Origin: Chloroflexales bacterium
Lineage (GTDB): Bacteria > Chloroflexota > Chloroflexia > Chloroflexales > Roseiflexaceae
Reading direction: 5' to 3'
Length of the DNA: 64,000 nt
NCBI GenBank assembly: GCA_038214135.1
Contig: JBBQSD010000016.1
Span: 460 to 64,459 of the forward strand
This document shows, one piece after another, positions 10,368 to 20,537 of the stretch. Within the stretch, counting starts at the first letter, position 1. The number at the start of each line of letters is the position of its first letter. Position numbers and translations under genes: made by a program. A model generated the notes under the pieces. That model was not told where the DNA came from, did no database searches, and saw nothing but the letters and a program-made list of their open reading frames with translations.

Positions 10368-10504
10368 CTCAGCCGTCAGCCATCAGCCGTCAGCTTTTTG
10401 GTGTAGATGGAAAGTAGTTGCTGGTATTCCAAGGTTTCTTGTTCATCCATGCATCCATTATTGGAAACTGAAAGCTGTGAGCTGTGAGCTGTGAGCTGTG
10501 AGCT
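10368..10504. repeat. paired heptamer tandem arrays (TCAGCCN)x3.5 and (GCTGTGA)x4
   Basis: 10368-10394 is CTCAGCCGTCAGCCATCAGCCGTCAGC followed by TTTTT. 10473-10504 is AGCTGTGAGCTGTGAGCTGTGAGCTGTGAGCT. The two arrays are partly complementary. Confidence 0.8.
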
Positions 10505-10525
10505 ACGATGTAAAGGAGTTCTACG

Positions 10526-11344
10526 ATGACGTACACACCATTACTGGGCAAGGTTGCGCTTGTAACCGGCGCTGCACGTGGGTTGGGGCGCAGTTATGCG
10601 CTACGCCTGGCACAGCTCGGGGCCGATGTTGTGATCAACGATATCGATCTGTATGCTGCCAAGCAGTACGATGAGCCACTGGCCGAGGGGGCCGAGACGG
10701 TCAGTGATGAGATTCGGATGCTGGGCCGCCGCTCGATTGGGATTGTCGCCAGCGTGACGGACCAGGAAGCGGTTCAGGATATGGTTGGCCAGATCAAGGC
10801 CGAATTTGGCCGCGTTGATCTGCTGGTCAATAATGCTGGCGGGCAACTGGCTCCCAATGAGCGCAGCTATGCTGCGACCATGCCGCGTGAGGATTATGAG
10901 TGGATCATGGGTATTAACCTGACCGGCACGATCTATTGTTGCCAGGCGGTTGCGCCGCTGATGAAAGAACAGCGCAGCGGCAAGATCGTCAATGTCGGCT
11001 CGCAGGCTGGTTTGCGGGCCGGGGCCGAGGGCAATGGCTTTTTCGCGCACTACAGTATTGCCAAGGCCGGAATTCACCAGTATACCAGGGTGCTGGCCGC
11101 CGAAATGGGGCCATATGGCGTAAACGTCAATTGTATTGCGCCAGGGCTGGTGCTCTCATCGCGGGCATTGGCCGGTGGGCGTGGCAGCGCTGAGGCGCGG
11201 GCCAGGAGTGAACCAACGATTGCACTACGGCGGCTTGGCACGCCAGAGGATTGCGCCAAAGTTGTCGAATTTCTGTGTACCGATCTCTCGGATTATGTCA
11301 CCGGCCAGATCATCGTCATTGATGGCGGCATTAACATGTTCTGA
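10526..11344 (+). CDS. SDR family oxidoreductase
   Basis: TGAARGLG cofactor motif, NNAG, and catalytic YSIAKAG (YxxxK). SD AAAGGAG is present. Confidence 0.85.
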   Translation: MTYTPLLGKVALVTGAARGLGRSYALRLAQLGADVVINDIDLYAAKQYDEPLAEGAETVSDEIRMLGRRSIGIVASVTDQEAVQDMVGQIKAEFGRVDLLVNNAGGQLAPNERSYAATMPREDYEWIMGINLTGTIYCCQAVAPLMKEQRSGKIVNVGSQAGLRAGAEGNGFFAHYSIAKAGIHQYTRVLAAEMGPYGVNVNCIAPGLVLSSRALAGGRGSAEARARSEPTIALRRLGTPEDCAKVVEFLCTDLSDYVTGQIIVIDGGINMF

Positions 11345-12366
11345 TGCTAAAGAGTTCTATGATCTATCGCACAATGCTGCCATTACTCATCCTGATTGCC
11401 ACTGCTGCGCTGATCATCCCGGTTGGCCACGCCCAGGAGGCACAGAACCAGGCAGGTGTCATCATCCGCTATGGTGATGGGCGAGTACAAACGGCGTGTG
11501 TGCGATTTAGCGAACCGAGCATCACTGGCATCGATCTGCTCCAGCGGGCGGGCATCCCGGTGATCGCCCAATCGAGTGGCCTTGGTGCTGCCGTCTGCAA
11601 AATCAGCAATGAAGGCTGCGATTACCCAGCCGAGGATTGCTTCTGCCAATGCAAGGGCGGCAACTGTGGGTATTGGGCCTACCAGCGGCTGCGCGGTGAT
11701 CGCTGGGCCTATTCGCCAATTGGCGCATCTGCCAGCCAGGTTCAGCCAGGCGATGTCGATGGTTGGGCCTGGGGCGCTGGCAGCGTTCAGAGCGGCGCGG
11801 CTCCGCCCGTTATTCCGCTTGATCAGATATGCCAGGAAAACCCAGTTGCCGCCCCAACCAGCGAAACCCAAGCAGCAACGCCAGTACCAACCCCAGCGCA
11901 ACCACCGATCACTACCGATCTTGTGTCAACGCCAGCCCCAGCGCCCATTGCCACATCAACCAGTTTGCCAGCAACAGCGATTGCCCCAAAGCCAACGATC
12001 GTGCCAGTTCCAACCGTTATCAGGATCTCCGCCACACTCCTGCCAACCAACACACCTATTCCAGTTCTACCGAGTGTGCCTGCACCAGCATCCGAACCAG
12101 TGTTGGCACCAACAAATATATCAGCACTCACAGCAACGAGTCCCGCCCTAGCCAATGTACCAACAATCCTTCCGCCAACAAATGCTATGCTGGCAAGCAC
12201 GCCAACAAGTATCAGCATCGTAATCACGCCAACGAAGCCCCAACCGCAGCAGGCAGCCTCTGCACCAGGAAGCACAACAACCTATCTCATCTTTGGCATG
12301 CTCGTATTGCTCTTGGGTGGCGGGATTATGCTGGCACTGCGACGCAATCGTGGAAATCGCCAATAA
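11344..12366 (+). CDS. secreted Cys-rich domain protein with Pro/Thr-rich linker and C-terminal membrane anchor
   Basis: Signal peptide MIYRTMLPLLILIATAALIIPVGHAQE (ATG 11359 is an alternative start). It has a Cys-rich ~130-aa domain (CDYPAEDCFCQCKGGNCGYW), then a long P/T/A-rich region, then a TM segment and an RRNRGNRQ tail. Confidence 0.6.
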   Translation: MLKSSMIYRTMLPLLILIATAALIIPVGHAQEAQNQAGVIIRYGDGRVQTACVRFSEPSITGIDLLQRAGIPVIAQSSGLGAAVCKISNEGCDYPAEDCFCQCKGGNCGYWAYQRLRGDRWAYSPIGASASQVQPGDVDGWAWGAGSVQSGAAPPVIPLDQICQENPVAAPTSETQAATPVPTPAQPPITTDLVSTPAPAPIATSTSLPATAIAPKPTIVPVPTVIRISATLLPTNTPIPVLPSVPAPASEPVLAPTNISALTATSPALANVPTILPPTNAMLASTPTSISIVITPTKPQPQQAASAPGSTTTYLIFGMLVLLLGGGIMLALRRNRGNRQ

Positions 12367-12374
12367 GCCGAGCA

Positions 12375-12543
12375 GTCAGGAGTCAGGAGTCAGGAGATTC
12401 TTTGTCGACATGGTCGGTAGTTTCGTAGTTCCGTAGTTTTCGATCCTTCCCTCACCCCTGCTGCGCCGCCCCTCCCCCTTTGGGTGTGGGGCCGGGGGTG
12501 AGGGCGGGTTCCGCTATTCTGACTCCTGAATACTGACTCCTGT
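12375..12543 (+). repeat. STRR-like heptamer inverted-arm element enclosing a GC-rich hairpin
   Basis: (CAGGAGT)x3 left arm, ATTCTGACTCCTGAATACTGACTCCTG right arm, and an inner hairpin CCCTCACCCC...GGGGTGAGGG at 12449-12504. Confidence 0.85.
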
Positions 12544-12559
12544 TATAGCGAGAATTCAT

Positions 12560-13180
12560 ATGCGAACAAGTATCTGGTTGGTGCGCCACGGGCAAACAGA
12601 ACTGAACAAAGCCCGCCGCTATCAGGGAGCCAACGATAGCCCGCTCACAAAGTATGGGCAGATGCAGGTACAGGCGCTGGCACATCGGCTGCGGCGTATT
12701 CCGTTTAGCGTCGCAATCATCAGCCCAAGCGGGCGCGCCCGCGCAACTGCCGCTGCAATCCTCAGTGAGCGCACTGCTCCGGTTGTTGAGGATCAGCGCT
12801 GGGCCGAAACACACCAGGGGCGCTGGGAGGGGCTGACCTACGCTGAAGTACGGGCGCGTTTCCCCAATGAGGTTGCAACCCGCTTTGGCGATGCACTCAA
12901 TGGGCGAGCGCAGGGCGGCGAAAGCCTAGCAGAAGTCCACGCACGAGTCGGCGCTGGCTGGAATGCCATCCTGCGCGAACACCCCACCGGAAGAATACTG
13001 GTTGTTACCCATGCAACCCCTATTCAACTGGTGATGTGTGCAACGGCCAATCTCCCACCAACCCTACACTGGCGCTGGCGTGTGGATCTTGCCAGCCTGA
13101 CAGTTCTGGACGTGTATGGCGCCGGGCCAATCATTCGAACCGTAAACGAAGTCACGCGCCTGGTGCCTGGCGAAGAATAG
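12560..13180 (+). CDS. histidine phosphatase family protein (phosphoglycerate mutase/CobC-like)
   Basis: RHG motif (WLVRHGQTELN) and a second catalytic His in VVTHATPI. 206 aa. Confidence 0.85.
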   Translation: MRTSIWLVRHGQTELNKARRYQGANDSPLTKYGQMQVQALAHRLRRIPFSVAIISPSGRARATAAAILSERTAPVVEDQRWAETHQGRWEGLTYAEVRARFPNEVATRFGDALNGRAQGGESLAEVHARVGAGWNAILREHPTGRILVVTHATPIQLVMCATANLPPTLHWRWRVDLASLTVLDVYGAGPIIRTVNEVTRLVPGEE

Positions 13181-13378
13181 GAGTCAGGAGATTCCTTTCC
13201 ACCATGATTCTGTAGTTCCGCAGTTCTCAGTTTGCGGTTTTTCTCTTGTCCGCAGATGACGCAGATGACACAGATTATGCGTTCGGTAGTTCTTGGTTCT
13301 CGGTTCTCGCTTCGTAATTCTGACTTCTGACTCCTGACTCCTGAATACTTGGTTCTCGGTTCTAACTTCTGAATACAA
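13181..13378 (+). repeat. STRR-like heptamer inverted-arm element with low-complexity centre
   Basis: GAGTCAGGAGATTCCTTTCC...GTAGTTCCGCAGTTC core. The right arm is AATTCTGACTTCTGACTCCTGACTCCTGAATACTTGGTTCTCGGTTC (13316-13362). Confidence 0.85.
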
Positions 13379-13389
13379 GGTTATTAACT

Positions 13390-14073
13390 ATGTCACTATC
13401 CCTGATGCGAACACAACTGGCCACGCTCTTCACCCTCGATCAACACGGGCGGATGCTGTGTGTCAATGAACCAGATGATCCACCAGCGCCACGCCTGTTT
13501 ATTGGCCGAACAACTGAGGGGGCGATATGGGCCATACGCTACGATCTCCCCGATGGTCTGGTTGCGAGCCTGAACGCAATCTGTGCCGCCGAGCCAATTG
13601 CCACGCATTTCGATACAGCGCCCCAGTATGCGCCAGTCCTACGCTCGCTGCTTGAGGTAGGAGCCGAAGAATATCGTGGACCAGCCTATATCTTCCGATC
13701 AGAAATTCCTCATGTCACTGGTGCAATACTGATCACACCCGAACAGCGAGCGGTACTCGCGCCGCATTTTCCAGAACTTATCGCTGAGTATGCACAACGG
13801 GCACCAATCGCGGTAATGGTCGAACAGGGCATTGCTGTTACGGCCTGCTGGTGTTCGCGCCAAACCGAACACGCTGCCGAAGCTGGTATTATGAGCATTC
13901 CTGATGTTCGGCAGCGCGGATATGCAGTATGTGTCGCAGCACAGTGGGGCAGGGCAGTTCAGGCAGCCGGAATGACAGCGCTGTATAGCACATCCTGGGA
14001 TAATGTGGCATCACAGGGCGTTGCGCGCAAACTAGGCCTGCATTTGTATGGCGAGGATTGGCAGATTACCTAG
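13390..14073 (+). CDS. GNAT family N-acetyltransferase (GNAT_acetyltran-like)
   Basis: The C-terminal motif ALYSTSWDNVASQGVARKLGLHLYGEDWQI resembles the PF12746-type GNAT C-terminus. 227 aa. Confidence 0.6.
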   Translation: MSLSLMRTQLATLFTLDQHGRMLCVNEPDDPPAPRLFIGRTTEGAIWAIRYDLPDGLVASLNAICAAEPIATHFDTAPQYAPVLRSLLEVGAEEYRGPAYIFRSEIPHVTGAILITPEQRAVLAPHFPELIAEYAQRAPIAVMVEQGIAVTACWCSRQTEHAAEAGIMSIPDVRQRGYAVCVAAQWGRAVQAAGMTALYSTSWDNVASQGVARKLGLHLYGEDWQIT

Positions 14074-14084
14074 ACGAGCTTCTG

Positions 14085-15317
14085 TTAACTCATGGTGCGC
14101 GAGCCGATCAGCAGAGTTGGTTCAGGAAGCGGAACGGGCGCAACAATCTGATTACGGCCATTTGCTTTCGCCTGATAGGATGCACGATCAGCCTCATGCA
14201 TCAACTCTTCACTTGTTTGAATAGATTTGGATAGCATTGCAATACCAATGCTGATTGTCGCATGAATTGGTGCTGCCCCTTCGGCATACACAAACTCAGT
14301 CGTTTCAATTTCAGAACGAATACGTTCTGCAATAACAATAGCGTCATCAAGGCTTGTTTCTGGCAGCACAATCGCATATTCTTCACCACCAAAACGGCCA
14401 GCAATATCGTAGCTGCGAACATTCTGTGTGATAATCTTGCCGATTCCCGCAATAACCACATCTCCGGCAAGGTGGCCATAGGTATTGTTGATTGTGCGTA
14501 AATAATCGAGATCGCCCATTAGAAACGCAAGTGGGCGATTGAAGCGTTGAGCACGTGCAAATTCCTCTTCATAACGCCGATTAAAATAGCGCGCATTGAG
14601 TAGGCCGGTCTTTCCATCAGTTTGCGCCTCTTCCTGGAGCGCCGGGACCTTGAGCGCCCGATACATCAATACTAATGGCGAGAGCGCTGGTACTATCAGC
14701 CACGGGTTAATTTCCCATAGAACTGCTACAACATAGCCAAGCAACAACAGCACCATATCACTAAGAACATTTTCTAGTCTCAGCATTCCCGTCTCATGCC
14801 AATGCTTACCACGTGCCAGAACGATCGCAATACCAAGCAAGCTCTGGTTGATTAGCACAAAACAGAATGCGGCAAACGCCTTCAGTAGTACTGGGAAAAA
14901 ACTCCACATCAAGAATGTATGGCTATCAAGCCAATCGCAGAGCAATCGTATGAGCGCAGCCGTGATCAGCTCAACCGCAATATTGAATGGCTGAATATAC
15001 CATGCCCGCAGGCGATGACCATCAACAAAACGCTCTTTCAACCACTCAATCACATGGTAGAGCACCACAATAACAGTAAATGTTTGTTGATCCAGAAGCA
15101 GCAAACCCGCAAAAACAAAGACTGGCGTCGCAAAATAGGCAATATTTGTTGATGGTACTTCCGCATAAAACAACTGGGCAATCGTCGCAAGTATCGCAAA
15201 AACAATAAAGGTCAGAAGCGGATCGGCTGTTGGGCTTGGCGTTGGCAGCGACACAAATGCACAGACTGTACCAAACAGTAATATAGCCGTAACATACAAT
15301 TTCCCTTGGAGCGACAT
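14085..15317 (-). CDS. membrane-bound diguanylate cyclase (GGDEF domain)
   Basis: Multi-TM N-terminus. The active site is RFGGEEYAIV, with an RSYD (RxxD) I-site 5 residues upstream. I set the start to ATG 15317 (MSLQGK), which has GAGG 6 nt upstream. The track start at 15329 is GTG. Confidence 0.85.
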   Translation of the reverse strand: MSLQGKLYVTAILLFGTVCAFVSLPTPSPTADPLLTFIVFAILATIAQLFYAEVPSTNIAYFATPVFVFAGLLLLDQQTFTVIVVLYHVIEWLKERFVDGHRLRAWYIQPFNIAVELITAALIRLLCDWLDSHTFLMWSFFPVLLKAFAAFCFVLINQSLLGIAIVLARGKHWHETGMLRLENVLSDMVLLLLGYVVAVLWEINPWLIVPALSPLVLMYRALKVPALQEEAQTDGKTGLLNARYFNRRYEEEFARAQRFNRPLAFLMGDLDYLRTINNTYGHLAGDVVIAGIGKIITQNVRSYDIAGRFGGEEYAIVLPETSLDDAIVIAERIRSEIETTEFVYAEGAAPIHATISIGIAMLSKSIQTSEELMHEADRASYQAKANGRNQIVAPVPLPEPTLLIGSRTMS

Positions 15318-15484
15318 AGCATACCTCACAGCGTGGTGCTGTTCATTTTATAAGAGCATGAAGCCCGTGCTGCCTATCCGGCACGGGCTCATTACGAACT
15401 ACCTTTGCTCACGGAACCAGAGTAATCCAACCGCTGCTATTCGTGCCCATCCACGCTCTTCTGATGGGCACATCTATCGTGCCT

Positions 15485-15503
15485 GGGCGTATGCGATACG
15501 CCC
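15485..15503. repeat. REP-like palindrome GGGCGTAT-GCG-ATACGCCC
   Basis: 8-bp stem with a 3-nt loop. It shares the GGGCG...CGCCC outer design with the other palindromes in the window. Confidence 0.6.
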
Positions 15504-15949
15504 CAACCCCGTATAGATTGGATGGAGTATTCATAGTCCGTCCAACCTCATTTGGCAGGTTCAACGGTGCGGTTATAATTCGCAGGGACGCGCTATATCA
15601 CATCTGTATAACATAGCACATGTGCCTTGTTGGAGTACTATTGCGCTAACATTATAGAACTCACCGATGCTGTCAGTCAACGAAATATTGACAACACAGA
15701 TATTATAGGCAACTCGGTTATCGTGGAACGGTGCGAACAGAGGCACTCAGCACCAGGTTATCGGGCGAAATCCAGCGCACACTGGGCATACGTCCAATTT
15801 CTGGAATAAGGCCGGCTGGTACAGGGAATAATCTTCTGCGCTCACCAATATTGATCACTCATATTGTATACCATAACGAGATTACCAGAACTTCGTTGCC
15901 AAACATAGGCGCTTTCATGTGTATGTATCTTTAATTTCCAACGAAAGAA

Positions 15950-15985
15950 GCCCAACGTCGATACGTGGGCTTCTTGACAACGATA
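15950..15985 (-). terminator. intrinsic terminator at the end of the ilv-leu operon
   Basis: Minus strand AGAAGCCCA-CGTATCGACGT-TGGGCTTCT is followed by TTCGTTGG. It starts 16 nt after the leuB stop. Confidence 0.6.
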
Positions 15986-16000
15986 TAGTGCTGTTTGGAG

Positions 16001-17104
16001 CTAGACATCCACAATTCGCTGCGTGACAGCAGCACCAACTTTAGCGGTGGGATAGGTTTGTTCTCCAGGTCGGGCAATATCACCAGTGACAAAACCATCT
16101 TCTAATGCCTGATTGACGGCTGCTTCAATCGCGAGCGCTTCTTCCTCCAACCCAAGCGAGAGGCGCAACAGCATTGCTGTGCTGAGAATGGTTGCAAGCG
16201 GATTAGCAATGCCTTTCCCAGCAATATCCGGTGCGCTGCCATGGATCGGCTCATATAGGCCCATCCGCGAACCACGCCCGCTCCCGATTGCTTCACCAAG
16301 TGATGCGGATGGCAGCATGCCCATTGATCCAGCCAGCATCGAGGCTTCGTCGGTGAGAATATCGCCAAACATATTTTCGGTGACAATCACATCGAATTGG
16401 GCTGGCCGCCGAATAAGATGCATCGCACAGGCATCAACCAGAATATGCTCAATCTGCACATCCGGAAATTCCTCACGCATTACGCGTGTCGTCACACTTC
16501 GCCACAGGCGCGAGGTTTCCAGTACATTCGCTTTATCGACCGATGTGAGCTTGCCACGGCGGCCACGCGCCAGGAGTGCGGCGGCCCGTACAATCCGCTC
16601 AATCTCGGCAGTTGTGTAGACACAGGTGTCGATAGCTCGTTCACCACCCTCAGCGAGTGTTTCGCGGCGCTTCTCACCAAAATAGATCCCGCCTGTTAGT
16701 TCCCGGACGACAACAAGATCGACGCCTTCCAGCAATTCGGGCCGCAGCGGTGAGGCGGTAATTAGGCGCGGATGCATTGCAATTGGGCGAAGGTTGGCAA
16801 ACAGGCCAAGTGCTTTACGAATGCCGAGCAAGCCCTGTTCTGGGCGAACCTTGGCCTCGGGGTTATCCCATTTCGGGCCACCAACGGCACCAAGCAGCAC
16901 AGCATCCGATTCCTTGCATAATCGCAGCGTTTCATCTGGCAATGCTGTTCCAGTTGCGTCGATTGCACAACCACCCAACAATGCTGTACGGGTTTCAAAG
17001 GTATGCCCAAACCGCGTGGCAACGGCCTGAAGAACCGTATGGGCCTCAGCGACAACCTCGGGGCCGATTCCATCGCCGGGAAGTAATGTGATAATTGCGT
17101 GCAT
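16001..17104 (-). CDS. leuB: 3-isopropylmalate dehydrogenase
   Basis: [11 protein letters not shown] and [27 protein letters not shown] signatures. 367 aa. Confidence 0.95.
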   Translation of the reverse strand: MHAIITLLPGDGIGPEVVAEAHTVLQAVATRFGHTFETRTALLGGCAIDATGTALPDETLRLCKESDAVLLGAVGGPKWDNPEAKVRPEQGLLGIRKALGLFANLRPIAMHPRLITASPLRPELLEGVDLVVVRELTGGIYFGEKRRETLAEGGERAIDTCVYTTAEIERIVRAAALLARGRRGKLTSVDKANVLETSRLWRSVTTRVMREEFPDVQIEHILVDACAMHLIRRPAQFDVIVTENMFGDILTDEASMLAGSMGMLPSASLGEAIGSGRGSRMGLYEPIHGSAPDIAGKGIANPLATILSTAMLLRLSLGLEEEALAIEAAVNQALEDGFVTGDIARPGEQTYPTAKVGAAVTQRIVDV

Positions 17105-17119
17105 AAATGCTCACTCTAC

Positions 17120-17210
17120 GTATTCAGAAGTCAGGAGTCAGGAGCCAGAATGCCGAACTCACCCCTGCTGCGCTTGCCCACTCCCAATGAGAGCGGGCCA
17201 GAGATGAGGG
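17120..17210. repeat. single heptamer arm plus GC-rich hairpin element
   Basis: GTATTCAGAAGTCAGGAGTCAGGAGCCAGAATG, then CTCACCCCTGCTGCGCTTGCCCACTCCC...GGGCCAGAGATGAGGG. The second part is related to 12449-12504. Confidence 0.75.
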
Positions 17211-17214
17211 ACAT

Positions 17215-17820
17215 TTATAACGTTTGGACGCGCGCTGGATTGCTCGTCTCGAATGCGCTGATCGAATCATCTTCGGCAATTAAGAAGCCCAGCTGATCGA
17301 CGCCATTGAGCAAACAATGCTTGGCAAATGGATCAATTGGGAAGGTTGTTGTGCGCCCATCAGGGAGTGTGACGGTCTGGGTCGCCAGATCAATCGTGAC
17401 GGTTGTTGTTGGGTCTTCCTGGGCCAAACTGACGAGTTGTGCATGTGTTTCTGGATCGACAATGATTGGCAGTAGGCCATTCTTGAGTGAGTTGTTGCGG
17501 AAAATATCGGCGAAATCGGTTGAGATTATGGCTTTAAAGCCATACCCTTGCAGTGCCCATGGCGCATGTTCGCGCGATGAACCACAGCCGAAATTATTGC
17601 CAGCAATCAGCACCTCGGCTCCAAACGCATCTGGTTGATTCAGCACAAAATCGGGCTTCGGGCTACCATCGGCATTATAGCGCCATGCAAAGAACAGGCC
17701 GTCGGCAAGGCCAGTTTTATCTGTCACCTTGAGCCAACGCGCGGGGATGATCTGGTCGGTATCGATATCGTTGATCGGCAAAGCCGCGATTTTGGCGCTG
17801 AAACTCTTGATTGGTTCCAT
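17215..17820 (-). CDS. leuD: 3-isopropylmalate dehydratase small subunit
   Basis: [13 protein letters not shown] motif. I set the start to ATG 17820 (MEPIKSF), which has GGAG upstream. The track N-terminal extension runs into the hairpin repeat. Confidence 0.92.
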   Translation of the reverse strand: MEPIKSFSAKIAALPINDIDTDQIIPARWLKVTDKTGLADGLFFAWRYNADGSPKPDFVLNQPDAFGAEVLIAGNNFGCGSSREHAPWALQGYGFKAIISTDFADIFRNNSLKNGLLPIIVDPETHAQLVSLAQEDPTTTVTIDLATQTVTLPDGRTTTFPIDPFAKHCLLNGVDQLGFLIAEDDSISAFETSNPARVQTL

Positions 17821-17846
17821 GATATTTCTCCAGCCTCTGGACGACA

Positions 17847-17959
17847 CATCCAGAAAACGATTCTTGGGGCCTTCGGCCCCAAACCCCATCAGGGCTACAT
17901 CATTCTAAGCCTATGTCATCCAGAAAACGATTCCTGGGGCCTTCGGCCCCAAACCCCAT
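17847..17959. repeat. 43-bp direct repeat x2 (period 70) each with GGGGCCTTCGGCCCC hairpin
   Basis: CATCCAGAAAACGATTC(T/C)TGGGGCCTTCGGCCCCAAACCCCAT occurs at 17847-17889 and at 17917-17959, inside the leuC-leuD spacer. Confidence 0.85.
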
Positions 17960-18014
17960 TGAGGCACACAACTGATAACTTTCATACCGGCGTAAGATGA
18001 AGCGCTACCTAGAT

Positions 18015-19439
18015 CTAATTCAATAGTTTGCGCGGATCAGCGACGACACCCTCAATTGCCGAAAGGGCTGCGGTGATCGGGCTGGCCAGGAATGTGCGCG
18101 CTCCTGGCCCCTGGCGGCCTTCAAAATTGCGGTTTGATGTCGAGACTGCATACTTGCCAGGTGGCACTTTATCATCATTCATGGCCAGGCAGGCACTACA
18201 TCCTGCTTCGCGCCATTCCGCACCAGCGGCCAAGAAGATCTGATCGAGACCCTCGGCCTCTGCCTGCTTCTTAATGCGCTGCGAGCCAGGAACGACCATC
18301 ACACGCACGCTTGGATCAACTCTGCGATCCTTCAGCACACTAGCGGCCAGGCGCAGATCGCTGATCCGCGAGTTGGTGCAACTGCCAATGAAGACCATAT
18401 CGATCTTGTGGCCGAGCAATGGCTGGCCTGGTTCGAGCGCCATATAGCGCAGTGCCTTATCGAGCGCCACCCGCTGATTTGGATCGCTATAATCCTCAAG
18501 GCGCGGGATAGTCCCATCGATTGGCATGCCCATACCAGGATTGGTGCCATAGGTGATCATTGGCGTCAGTTCATTGGCATCGAGCGTGATCAGCGCGTCA
18601 TAGGTTGCGCCCTCATCCGTTGGCAGGGTGCGCCAGTAGGCCAGTGCCTGCTCCCAGGCTTCGCCCTGTGGTGCGCGCGGTCGGCCAGCAATATATTCGA
18701 AGGTCGTTTCATCGGGCGCAACCAAGCCAGCGCGTGCGCCACCCTCGATCGACATATTACAGATCGTCATGCGTTCTTCCATCGAGAGCGCACGGATCGC
18801 CTCGCCAGTATATTCGAACACATAGCCAGTGCCGCCGCCAACGCCATTCTTAGCAATAATCGCCAGAATGATATCCTTGGCCGTTACGCCAGGATGCAGC
18901 CGCCCATTGATGCGCACTTCCATCGTTTTGGGGCGCGATTGAATCAGGCATTGGGTTGCTAATACATGGCCAACCTCGGATGTACCGATACCAAAGGCCA
19001 GGGCACCAAAGGCACCATGCGTACTGGTATGGCTATCGCCGCACACAATCGTCATGCCTGGTTGCGTGAGGCCCTGTTCTGGGCCGATCACATGCACAAT
19101 ACCCTGGTTCTCGGTGCCAAGGGCAAACAGGGGAATGCCAAAATCACGGCAGTTCTTTTCCAACTGATTAAGCTGGGCCAAACCCTGTGGATCAAGCACT
19201 GGAATGATGCCATCTGGGCCACGCGGCGTCGTTGGTGTCGAATGATCCATGGTTGCAAGGGTCTGGTTCGGGCGGCGAACCGGCAGGCCACGCTGGCGCA
19301 GTTCGGTAAACGCCTGTGGCGAGGTCACTTCGTGGATCAGGTGCAGATCGATATACAGCACCGCCGGTGTTTCAGGCGTTTGCGGGCGGACGATATGGGA
19401 ATCCCAGATTTTCGCAAAAAGGGTGCGTGGTGTGGTCAT
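18015..19439 (-). CDS. leuC: 3-isopropylmalate dehydratase large subunit
   Basis: Aconitase-family motifs [19 protein letters not shown] and [10 protein letters not shown] set the start to ATG 19439 ([13 protein letters not shown]). The track extension would overlap ilvE. Confidence 0.93.
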   Translation of the reverse strand: MTTPRTLFAKIWDSHIVRPQTPETPAVLYIDLHLIHEVTSPQAFTELRQRGLPVRRPNQTLATMDHSTPTTPRGPDGIIPVLDPQGLAQLNQLEKNCRDFGIPLFALGTENQGIVHVIGPEQGLTQPGMTIVCGDSHTSTHGAFGALAFGIGTSEVGHVLATQCLIQSRPKTMEVRINGRLHPGVTAKDIILAIIAKNGVGGGTGYVFEYTGEAIRALSMEERMTICNMSIEGGARAGLVAPDETTFEYIAGRPRAPQGEAWEQALAYWRTLPTDEGATYDALITLDANELTPMITYGTNPGMGMPIDGTIPRLEDYSDPNQRVALDKALRYMALEPGQPLLGHKIDMVFIGSCTNSRISDLRLAASVLKDRRVDPSVRVMVVPGSQRIKKQAEAEGLDQIFLAAGAEWREAGCSACLAMNDDKVPPGKYAVSTSNRNFEGRQGPGARTFLASPITAALSAIEGVVADPRKLLN

Positions 19440-19455
19440 AATCCTGTATGCTCCG

Positions 19456-20376
19456 TTATACGTAATCGACCCAGCCCCATTGATCGGTTGTTTCGCCACT
19501 AAACAGGCCAAAGAATGTCTTCTGAATAGCGGTTGTGATTGGGCCGCGTGTTCCAGAACCAACGGTAATCTGATCGACTGAGCGAACCGGCGTGATTTCG
19601 GCAGCCGTGCCTGTAAAGAAGATCTCATCGGCAAGATAGAGCACTTCACGTGGCATATTCTGCTCACGAACCTCATAGCCATGGGATCGGGCAATCGTTA
19701 TCGCCGCATCGCGGGTGATGCCAGGCAATAGTGATGCTGTCACCGGGGGCGTGTAGATTATTCCATCACGGATGACAAACACATTCTCGCCAGAACCCTC
19801 GCTCAGCATCCCATTGGTATCGAGCGCAATACCCTCGGCATACCCATGGCGCACCGCCTCAGTGACGATCAACTGCGATGAAAGATAGTTGCCACCAGCC
19901 TTGGCCATGGCCGGTAGTGTATTCGGGGCCACCCGGCTCCAGGAAGAGACCTGGACATCGACGCCCTTTTCCAGCCCTTCGGCACCGAGATAGGCACCCC
20001 ATTCCATTGCCGCGACCATCACTTCAACTGGCGCACGCAGCGGAAAGACGCCAAGCTCGCCATAACCGCGCCAGACAAGCGGCCGCACATAGGCGTTTTT
20101 CAAGCCATTTTCACGAACAGTCGCCTTGATCGCCGCCGAGATCTCATCCTGGGTATACTTCAGATCCATACGATAGATCTTGCACGAATCGAACAATCGG
20201 CGGGTATGCAACCCAAGCCGAAAGATCACCGGGCCATTGGGCGTATCGTAGGAACGAATGCCCTCGAACACCGAAGAACCATAGTGCATGGCATGCGTCA
20301 TCACATGCACCGTCGCCTGCTCCCACGGCACCATCTCGCCATTGAACCAGATATACTTGGATGGATTAATTGGCAT
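19456..20376 (-). CDS. ilvE: branched-chain amino acid aminotransferase (class IV)
   Basis: [22 protein letters not shown]-terminus and an EGSGENVF motif. I set the start to ATG 20376, which has GAAGGAG upstream. Confidence 0.92.
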   Translation of the reverse strand: MPINPSKYIWFNGEMVPWEQATVHVMTHAMHYGSSVFEGIRSYDTPNGPVIFRLGLHTRRLFDSCKIYRMDLKYTQDEISAAIKATVRENGLKNAYVRPLVWRGYGELGVFPLRAPVEVMVAAMEWGAYLGAEGLEKGVDVQVSSWSRVAPNTLPAMAKAGGNYLSSQLIVTEAVRHGYAEGIALDTNGMLSEGSGENVFVIRDGIIYTPPVTASLLPGITRDAAITIARSHGYEVREQNMPREVLYLADEIFFTGTAAEITPVRSVDQITVGSGTRGPITTAIQKTFFGLFSGETTDQWGWVDYV

Positions 20377-20444
20377 ATGCTTGCTCCTTCTATGAAATAG
20401 AATAACTTTCTGCGCCTCGCAGGCTGATGGATCTTTACATTTTA

Positions 20445-20537
20445 ATCGGGTATTGTTCACCCTTCCTCCACCGCAGGCTAAAGCCACGCGGCTATGGTGC
20501 ATCCTCTCTTTGCCGCAGGCTGAAGCCTGCGGATTCA
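20445..20537 (+). repeat. ~90-bp double-hairpin intergenic repeat, copy 2 of 3
   Basis: ATCGGGTATTGTTCACCC...CCACCGCAGGCTAAAGCCACGCGGCTATGG...GCCGCAGGCTGAAGCCTGCGGAT. It overlaps the last 14 codons and the stop of cimA. Confidence 0.85.

Noticed and set aside
18015-19694. Long N-terminal extensions in the ORF track: leuC to 19694, ilvE to 20559, ilvC to 26082, leuD to 17889, pckG to 5280, aroF from 34429, aroH from 33749.
   Set aside because: The extensions overlap neighbouring genes or run through intergenic repeats. They lack an SD and add residues absent from these well-known enzyme families. Internal ATGs with good SDs give canonical N-termini.
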